Shown one piece after another: positions 54,901-64,000 of a stretch of DNA of 64,000 bases. Position 1 is the first letter of the stretch. The number at the start of each line of letters is the position of its first letter. This DNA comes from Schmidtea polychroa (taxonomy: Eukaryota), in contig CM097888.1 in assembly GCA_044892525.1 (NCBI GenBank), positions 17,112,001-17,176,000 of the forward strand. Reading direction: 5' to 3'. Made by a program: the position numbers and the translations under genes. The notes beneath the pieces were generated by a model, which saw nothing but the letters and a program-made list of their open reading frames with translations, was not told the DNA's origin and made no database searches.

Positions 54901-57900
54901 NNNNNNNNNNNNNNNNNNNNNNNNNNNNNNNNNNNNNNNNNNNNNNNNNNNNNNNNNNNNNNNNNNNNNNNNNNNNNNNNNNNNNNNNNNNNNNNNNNNC
55001 GAAGGTATTCGAGGGTATGACCATTAGATAGAGCTCTTCAATACCTTTCAAATGATACCCTTGTTAGAATCTTTGACCTTATTTGACCTTATTTTGACCC
55101 CAAAATTGTTAGAATCTTTGACCTTATTTGACCTTATTTTGACCCCAAAATTTTCTGTAACCTTAAGTGTACCTTAAAAAATTTTAAAAAAATTAAAAAC
55201 CCCTCCCTTTGGGGTATGGCGTAATATACATTTGTTACACCATTGATGACGTCACATGTCTTTGTTCCCGGGTCCACATGTTACCCTACTAACTGCGCGT
55301 GCGATTCCAGATACTTCTTCCTTTGAACTTCCCGAACTCCAGGAGACCACGTAGAAAGGTTGTTGTTTGAGTGTGCAGATCCTTGAAGATGCCATCTAAG
55401 AAGGTCCATAAAGCCGATGACATTGAAACAAGGCTTGAAGGCTGCTGGCGTTGATGACGTTTCTCCCATCTTGCTTTTCATCTTGGCAACTGCTTTACAA
55501 GCAAGCGATTTTGATATGTTGCCTTCATGCGTGTGGCCTTGTTCTTCGTTGCTGGTAACGATACGATCTCCGTCTGTCGTCAGATGAGTTTTGCACTTGA
55601 ATCGTTGANNNNNNNNNNNNNNNNNNNNNNNNNNNNNNNNNNNNNNNNNNNNNNNNNNNNNNNNNNNNNNNNNNNNNNNNNNNNNNNNNNNNNNNNNNNN
55701 NNNNNNNNNNNNNNNNNNNNNNNNNNNNNNNNNNNNNNNNNNNNNNNNNNNNNNNNNNNNNNNNNNNNNNNNNNNNNNNNNNNNNNNNNNNNNNNNNNNN
55801 NNNNNNNNNNNNNNNNNNNAGTTGTTGTTCCAAAAGTAAAACTTTCCATTTTTACACACGCCTTTTAAAAAACCAAATTAGATCTGATTTAAACAATAAA
55901 TTAATATTGAGGAGCAGACATCAAACGCTTACTAAATACCATTCATTTAATTAATAAATCGATAATCACATATGTCATTTTTTGAAAATTTAGAACTTCA
56001 GAAAAGAGAAACAATTTCATAATTTAATAATTTTTGACTTTAACTTTTAAAACCATCTAATGCTTTTTAGATCGTTAATATAGATATTTATTTGTGATTA
56101 TCTGGCGAGTGATTATTTGTTGCTGTGATTAAGTGTCGTTGTTTAAATGTCGCATGATTAACAATTTCGCCCCTATTGGGACAATACGTCCCAGAAACTT
56201 TCATCATGATCCTACTGGGATATTTTCAAAGCAAATTGCGGTGTTAACGTTTATTATTATCCCAGGACTTTCTAGGATATCCAGAAGCGCCACGATTACA
56301 AAAATGAGAATATTTCATATTTAGGTCAATATTAACAAGTTCCAATATATAAATTTAGCATAGTGTCATTAGCGGAAAGTCGGTGCGAAAGGGTTAACTT
56401 TCATGGAACCGAAATATATTTACTGACTCCTATGTTATCCTTGCAATGAGGTACATTCTAAACCATGGGTCGGAGACAATCACATGTTGCCCAAATATAC
56501 AGTCTGTTTGCCTCTGATTCGCTAAATTCCTCGCCAATTACATCATATTACACAACTGATGTAACCTTGACCACGAGTGCTGCAGATGCACACGTGTTTA
56601 TAAATAAAATAACATGTCTGCTTCTTAATATTCATTGCAAATAATGTAAATTGTCGAGCATTTACTTAAATGTTTATAAATTAATTTGAATTTTAAATAT
56701 TTGAAAAGTAAATTGAGGGATATATAAAAATTTAAAAAAGTGCTAAAATAAAATGGAATTGTTAAATTAAATGCAAATAGCAGGAAAACGTTAGTTCGAG
56801 GTACGTGAAAACGGAGTTACTCTATATATTGATGTTAATTGTTTTTATTTATAATTCCCAATACGTTACATTATTTTATAAATTTGACGCGACTTTTCGA
56901 CGGTAAACGGATATAATTCAACAATTAAAAATAAGAGAAATTTAATACTATAAAAATATGAATGATGAAGCTGTCGAAAATTACAAGAGCTGTGATTATA
57001 CCTAAAAGGAAGTTCATTCTATAAATCGCCGTCGAAGAATGGACGAACACATTTATAAGTAGGTTTAATTTATAATATCTAATTCTTGGCTATTTAGAAT
57101 TTTATATAAAATTTAGATATTACTATTAACTAATCCAGTGGTGGCCAACCCAAATCAATCGAAGGGCCAAATTTTCGGAAAAATACTATCACGGGCCACA
57201 ATAAATTCATTTAAATAAATATAACTCGTTTTTACGATTCAAGTAAACTTAGAATCAATTTTTTAAATTAAAAACATGCTTAATTCGAATATGAATTCCT
57301 AAAAAGACAATTATTGATTTGATGTTTAAAATTGTGTCCGGGCCACATCAAAACGCTTCGCGGGCCACCGGTTGGCCATGGCTGAACTAAACCATAACTT
57401 AAAAATTACAAATCACTAATATAAAAAATGAAAATAATACTTTCAAACTACCTTTTTCATCACATCGATTGATTGTACAACATATTGACCCTTCGCAGTT
57501 TCAAATCCAAGAACAAGTGCGTCTACACTGGTTAAAACAGCGTTAGCTACATCTGCGGCTTCAGCCCTTGTTGGTCTAGGCTTTGAGATCATGGATTCCA
57601 GCATTTGAAAGCCAACAAAAACTGGCTTAACAGTTTGCAGACATTTGGAAATAATTTGGTTTTGCAATACGAAAACCTTTTCAATTGGTAAATCTATTCC
57701 TATCCTTCCTCTGGCAATCAAAACTCCATCAGAAACCTCAATTATACTGTCCAATCTTTGAAAAATTATTTTATTTTAAAATATATTCCAATAAATATTG
57801 AAGGAAAAGCAAATATACATGCATGGATAGTAAATGAATAGTAAGCACAAAATAAAATCGTCCATATAGCGTTGATGCTGTCATTTATGATATTCAAATA

Positions 57901-60900
57901 ATCATATATTATCACAGAACTTAAAGAAAATTATAGAATATAATGTATTTGGCTCGAAAATCCCTAGCGAACCTAAATATCAAATTTGCAAGCTCCAGTG
58001 GTTTTGCCCTCCCCCTCCTGAATTTCCGAAAAACAATTTTATTTTTCGATTAATTTAAACACATTTTAATGCGCTTAAACAATTTTAGAAAAACCAAAGA
58101 CAAAAAAAAATTTAAATTCGTTCGTCCTTAAAGAGACTTCCTGTTTTTTTTAATGTTATTAATTATATCTGGGAATCAATGAATTAATACAAAACATCTT
58201 ATTTGTATAAAGAAAATTCAATATTAAAAGACGTTTTGGTTTTAAAAAGTGTTTTATTTTGTAAATAAACGAAAAAAAGTCCTATTTTGTATAATGCCCC
58301 AAATATTTATTTATTTTTTCAACTCTCTTCCCCCTAGAAAAATTGTCTACTTGGTAAAAAAAATATCTTTGCCCCCCCTCTTGGAAAATTTCCGGTGGAC
58401 GCCTATGGTTTTGGCTAGTAAATTTATATCCAGTTAATAAAAATATTTTAAGAACAAAGACTCTAATATCCATTCTTTAGATAAACGCTAAAACCAAGTC
58501 TTAAAATTTTAACTTTATGAAGTTTTATTAGATAATTATTGTTTTTTCTATGAATGCATTTATATTGAAATTATTGAAATCATTACTTTTTCATTAATTA
58601 ATACTAAAAAAAACATCAAACAAATTAATAAAGTTTTTTTAATATTGTACTTCAATAAAAAGTTTTTTGAATTAAGCCGGTTATATAGATTCAATTAATA
58701 TTAGAAGCTCCATGACTTATAATTTCATAATTTACCAAAATTAATTAAAAATACAGGAAAAAAGATATTAATTTCTAATAATATTAGGTGATAATTTCTT
58801 GGTAGCAGCATTTATTCAATGTTAAACAATTAAATGATAATACAAGGCTTTTGCTGCAAAGTATATATTCTATAAAATGAAAGAATTAACTCTAAAAATA
58901 TTTCTTTCAATCTGACTTTATAAAAATTAAATTGTTTAAAATTGTCGTGATTTAGTAAAACAAATTTGAAATTAAATCATATTTTTACATTTTAATGTTA
59001 TCAATTTTGAAATACTTACATGCTTGGATTTATATAATTTTCAATTTTCATTATAACAGCCAAGTCTTTCTTCAATAAACTTCTAATGTGGTTAAGACTT
59101 TTTGCATCTCTAATGAAACTGACCATTATCATATCTACCTTAAAATACAATTGTTATACGATTTATTTTTAATTTTCATGTTCTAGAAATTCTGAAAAAA
59201 ATGAATCACACTTTAGACTACATAAAACGATGAAAACTTGAAGTCTTTCTATTCAAACTCTATCTATGAACAACGTATATTTACGTAGCCGTTTCCAATT
59301 TTTAAAATTTAAATGCGGATCTTAATATCTTAACTATTCTATTGTAGTACCACTAGTAGTACCATCACTGATTAATAATTTATTATGAACAAATTACATA
59401 ACAATGTCGCTATGACCTCGATGTTTGATAACTGATACTGGAATGTTAAGGTGTGTATGAAGTGAAGTTAGTATTTATGTGAACTGTAATTTTAGATTAT
59501 AAAAAAAAATTAAATTTAAATTTAATAAACATACATGCCGGTTAAGGCCGAAGGGGAGAGATTCTCACCCTTAAAATTCTAAAATTTTTATTTCTTCAAT
59601 CAATGAACGATAAGCCGAATCTCAATCGTTAGAACGTGGGTCTATCTTAGTGGTGACTTCCTTTAGGTAGTTAACGAATAAACATGGAAAACCATGGCCA
59701 GTGGGATTCATTTAGTCTTTCAGGACTAAGACATTGGTCAACGTTTTTGGACTTTGATGTTTGGATTAGCTTGTTAGGTAGGCTTTTATCAATTAGGTTA
59801 CGGACATCCATAGTTGATTGATTAAAAGAGCTAAATAGCATCTGTCTGATAATTGAGTAGGAAGATCAATACTTCATAAGTAGTATTTGTTTGGTTATGG
59901 TATTATATAGTATAAAGATATATAAGACATAATAATAAAGGACTATCAAGACGGGCAGAACCCATACGTAAATTCTTACATAAACCCGAAAGATAGATGA
60001 CAAATTATGATTGTACAAATAACCATTAATAGATTGTGAGATTGCATTAATAGATTAGGGTAGTGATAGATAATAGTACTAATATATAGATAATAGTAAT
60101 AGTCGTGATAGATAATAGTAGTGATAGGTAGTTATGGAAGGACAGATAGTTATGGAGGGGCATATAGTAAAGAGTGATAGTAACAGGAGGGGACATAGTA
60201 ACAGGTAATAGAAGGTAATAGAAGGAGAGATAATAGAAGGAGAGATAGTAATAGAAGGAGATATAGTAATAGAAGGAGAAATAGTAATAGAAGGAGAGAT
60301 AGCAATAGAAGGAGAGATGTTAGAGATGGTAGGCATATTTATAGAGGACAGTTTGTTAAAGATGAGAGAAAGATAGTTATTGAAGGACAGATAGTAAGGA
60401 GAGATAGCAATAGAATAGAAGTAGAGATAGTAATAGAGGTAGAGAAAGTAAAGAAAAGGAGACTATCAAGGACTATCAATACAGGCAGAATCCATACAAC
60501 GTAGTATATAATAGTAATAAATGTATATATAGTACATAAATAATGGTATAATAATTATAAGTATTTCTCCTAATTTTAAGCGAATCGGCCGTTAGACCGA
60601 AGGAGGACAAGAAAAATTTTTTTGAGACCATTTAAAACTCTACAATTGCGTGTTCTTAAATAAATATTGTGAGATTATGTCGTCTTCTAACAATCACCGT
60701 GACGTCAATTAAGTTATTTAAAGGCTTGCGTCCCTCTAGAAAAAAAATTTTAACTTTGACAATTAACTTTAAATTGTTTCAATTATCTACAAAAAATATT
60801 TATCTTTTTTTGGTAATGTAGGAGTGACATGTTATATTACTTAAATCGATCTAGAAGTATTTCTAAAATATGAAATTAGCAAAAACTGTAGATGGAACAG

Positions 60901-61493
60901 AAGGTGACTGAGGCGGTCACAATTCGTACGGAAATACCAATAAACTTCTTTGCTAAATTCCTAAACTCTTTACTATTGATCAATTATCCAGAATTTAAAA
61001 TGTTTTATTAAAATGCATTTTACAACTATAGGAGTCTTGATCCGTGCTATAATAAAATAGAATAAATAATATATATAAAACATTATATAATTTAAATTTA
61101 AAGTAACATCAGACTCATTGATAAATTTCATTGTTTTTGGAATTAAGTCTGAACAGTGCTGGAGGAAGTTCTGGCTCCATAAGAAATTGACGATAGAGCC
61201 AAGTTGAATAATTCCTAAATTCAAATTTTCAATTTAATATTGTCAAGTATTTGATTTCCTAAATATCATTTACCCCCTTGTTCAACCAAACAACGGACGG
61301 ATTCGCCATAATTTTCCCTCACAATTACTGTCAACGCTCCATCGTCAATGTATAATCGACTTCGAGGAATAAAATATCGAATCATCATGGGAAATTCTCT
61401 AACATCAAGGACAATCACATTATATTTTGTCGTATCAATTAATTCATCACGACTGGTTATCCAAACTGATTGGCCTTCAATAATTTCAACGCC
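51986..61493 (-). CDS. Divergent pyruvate-kinase-like gene (5' exons not resolved): exons 61493-61274, 61214-61108, 59138-59020, 57755-57452, 52671-52490, 52442-52324, 52221-51986
   Basis: All junctions are GT-AG and phase-consistent. The product reads LYIDDG...VEQGG, VDMIMVSFIRDA, MKIEN, SDGVLIARG, QMLESMISKPRPTRAEAADVANAV, ETAKG, RP..ILAVSR and LYKGI, which are PK B, A and C domain motifs. Confidence 0.9.
53290..53520 (-). pseudogene. piggyBac-like transposase fragment
   Basis: LSGE*LSVEEE and a degenerate QFIKIKSCKPAK, resembling the PGE.LSVDE and RQYIPSKPAKYG motifs. Confidence 0.4.
53580..53860 (-). pseudogene. Tigger/pogo transposase fragment
   Basis: SNGWIDRFKKSH and VIFNADETGLFF. 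Confidence 0.8.
54606..55290. mobile_element. Non-autonomous element with about 230-bp imperfect TIRs spanning an N-block
   Basis: AGTAGGGTAACATGTGGACCC / GGGTCCACATGTTACCCTACT ends, and a flanking direct repeat (T)AACTGC. Confidence 0.8.
55291..55860 (-). pseudogene. FLYWCH/MULE-like transposase remnant, interrupted by the TIR element
   Basis: FYFW...RFKCKTHLTTDGDRIV...GHTH (FLYWCH-like) and WTFLDGIFK (MULE DGTFK-like) in shifted frames. Confidence 0.6.
56381..56399 (-). mobile_element. Isolated piggyBac-type terminus
   Basis: The minus strand reads TTAACCCTTTCGCACCGAC; the partner end was not found. Confidence 0.4.
57136..57384. mobile_element. hAT-type MITE, copy 2 (inverted relative to 5942-6190)
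   Basis: TIRs CAGTGGTGGCCAACC / GGTTGGCCATGGCTG and TSD AACTAATC/AACTAAAC. Confidence 0.9.
60040..60450. repeat. Purine-rich tandem repeat with an 18-bp core (AATAGAAGGAGAGATAGT) in a PK intron
   Basis: Clear 18-bp periodicity at about 60200-60320; flanked by short GACTATCAA..GGCAGAA.CCATAC direct repeats. Confidence 0.85.
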
Positions 61494-61996
61494 CTAGGAT
61501 AAATATATATATATAAGAACTTTTTTCTTCCAATTTCACCACTGATTATTTCTATTGAATTTATTACAAAGAGAGTTTGTAGACAATAAATCAGTAATAT
61601 ATCGATGTTTGTCAGTATCAACAAACATCGATATATCACTGATTTATGGACTTCAAACTCTCTTTTTAATATATAGTCTACCTAACTAATTCTTCATTAT
61701 AAAATAGCTCTCCATAAACTATGGAATATTTTAGTCTGTATATTTTACTAAATATAAATCACACGAATGACTTTAGTTGAAATTATATCACCTTTATTTC
61801 AACATAGCACTTTCACGAAGTTAATAGGAATCAAATCCATCTCATTTTGTACAATTTAGAGTTATACATCTTTTAATAATACTACAGCAGTAAGTTATGT
61901 GCTTGGCTCCATGTAACGCTCAAAACATAATGGGAGATATAATACAAACAAAACAATTCTCGATGTAGATATTTACGCTTGATTTCTGAATTCAAT

Positions 61997-64000
61997 TAGA
62001 GTTTGCACGGTTCTGTTAACCGTAACTGAAACCGCGGTTATCCGTGACAGAAAACCGTAACTGAAAAACGGGCCCGGTAATCGCGGTGTTACGGTTTTAC
62101 CAAATTTTCCTTTTAGGTATTTTTTGCTAAAGGAAAAAGAAGTCTTTTAGATTTAAATAATGTTTAAAGAGAAACAAAATAAAAAAAGAATTACAAAATG
62201 AAACTACAAAACTAAAAATACGTATTTGCAACAACATTTTATTTTTAAATCAGCGTAGCCTTTGCATTTCGCGATTACTTGTTTTTTGCGTTGTAGATTA
62301 CAGTTACAACTCAATTACAGTTTACAAATATTGCAGTCCGCAAAATTATTAAGTTCTCAGGTTAAAAATTTATTACAAGTTGTAGTTTTCAAAATTATNN
62401 NNNNNNNNNNNNNNNNNNNNNNNNNNNNNNNNNNNNNNNNNNNNNNNNNNNNNNNNNNNNNNNNNNNNNNNNNNNNNNNNNNNNNNNNNNNNNNNNNNNN
62501 NNNNNNNNNNNNNNNNNNNNNNNNNNNNNNNNNNNNNNNNATGTCATCTTCTCAAGGGGAATATTTTATGAAAATTCATACTTCTAATAGTGCTAACAAT
62601 AAAGCCAAATGTTAAAAATGCGGAACAGAAGTTAACAATTCTATGGGATCTACATCTGCATTGATCAATCATATTCGGTGTGTTCATAAGATTACTTCTA
62701 AGAGAACGCACGATTCAGATTCAAATGCTTCAACAAGTCCTAGCTCACAGCATAAAACAATACTTGATTTTATGAAAAAAATAATTCTTGGGGAAATTGT
62801 TGATGAGTTAGCCACAAAAGACGGATTTTCTATTAGAGGAATTACAAGATATAGTTTCATTCGGTAGGCAATTCATGCTCAGGGCTACAAATTGCCAAAA
62901 AGCGAAAATGGTACAATGGCACTTATTCATGCTGAATTTGAAATAAAGAAAAGCATATATATCAACTACTTTGATGAAGCTATAAAGAAAGGTCAGAAAT
63001 TTAGCATCACTTTGGATGAATGGGTAAGTTCACGACAACATCGATACATGAATATCAATGTACATGATAAAACGGGAAAAGTATTTAATCTTGGATTGAT
63101 AAGAATTATTGGATCGTGCAATGCAAGAAAAATTTTGTCAATTGTCACCGATCATCTTAAAATTTTTCATCTTTCTTTTGAAAAGACGTTGTGGCTACTA
63201 CCCACGACGGAGCCAGTGTAATGGTGAAATACGGAAGAGAATCTCCAGCAGAAGTACAATTGTGTTTAAACCATGGTCTTCATTTGGCCGCTTGTAATAC
63301 ATTTTATTTAAGAAAACGCATAAATGATGACCAAAATACCAGTTCTGAAGATGAAGCCATTGATAATAATGAGGAAGACGAGTTTCAAGAAGATTTTTCT
63401 TTGTCTCCTACTACTGATGAATATGAGGAAAGAGAAGCCAAAATGGTTACCGAGATATTTCAAATAGCTGAGATATTAAATAAAGTACGGGTTATAGTAA
63501 AATATTTCAAATCATCGACAGTTCGCAACGATATCTTGCAAGCAAAGGTTCGTATTGAGCTTGAGTATGAACTCCATCTGGTATTGGACGTTAAACATAG
63601 ATGGAATTTGATCTATCCTCTGCTGGAAAAGTTTTTGAAGCTTCAGAAACCAATTGTGAAAGCATTGGCAGAATTAAACGCCACAAATTTAATCATTGAT
63701 CTCAATTTAGAAGTAATTAAAGGGTTGTGACCAATTTTGAAACCATTAGAACTCACTGTGTTTGCATTAAGTAGGAAAGACGCCAATTTAATAACTGCCA
63801 AAGGTGCAATTAATTTTTTGTTGAAAAAACTTGATGGAATCGGAACTCAAGAAAAAACTATTGTCGAAGCGATATCTGAAATTAACGAACTGAAAGAAAA
63901 TATCAAGACGCGATTATGTTCTCGAGAGAATTCAGATCTTAACTCATTGTTATCCTGTCTTCTGCAGCAAAAAGTACCAACAAAAGAAAATTTAAATTTC
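61997..64000 (+). mobile_element. hAT DNA transposon with frameshifted transposase, running off the window
   Basis: TAGAGTTTGCACGG terminus with AACCGT/ACGGTT subterminal repeats; BED finger C*KC...STSALINHIRCVH; SITLDEW; THDGASVM; CLNHGLHL; LDVKHRWN. Several stops and frameshifts. Confidence 0.9.

Noticed and set aside
60079-60336. 85-aa ORF with SPSITI repeats
   Set aside because: Translation of the 18-bp tandem repeat inside a PK intron.
61765-61860. Candidate upstream PK exon (…VKVLC*NKGDIISTKVIR, resembling LDTKGPEIRTG)
   Set aside because: Contains an in-frame stop and no convincing splice pair; left unresolved.

Overview
AT-rich eukaryotic (animal) genomic DNA with 47-59 nt minimal introns and several N-blocks. 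It looks flatworm/planarian-like, but that is inference only. The centre is a young, minus-strand Ty3/Gypsy LTR retroelement at 8173-36977, flanked by a GCTT target-site duplication, with 1058-bp LTRs, a tRNA-Trp PBS and a PPT. It has been enlarged by a 3624-bp TG..CA insertion in its 5' LTR and a 9253-bp internal tandem duplication; removing both leaves about 15.9 kb. Its coding order is unusual: Gag capsid / two stops / CCHC knuckle - two ubiquitin-like domains / -1 frame change / Bcl-2-like domain - signal anchor - chuvirus-G-like (class III) glycoprotein - protease - RT (YIED, no RNase H) - integrase - second signal peptide - FN3-like type I membrane protein ending in PPSY and ETRL. The 4.4-kb 3' region holds a small coiled-coil ORF and a probable spliced antisense gene. 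The flanks contain Polinton, Tigger, hAT, MULE, piggyBac and Ginger-like remnants and several MITEs. Host-type genes are a RhoGAP-like ORF, a divergent intronless 14-3-3, a two-exon PLAC8-family gene and a multi-exon pyruvate-kinase-like gene with substituted catalytic residues. All domain calls are by-eye motif recognition; no database search was run.
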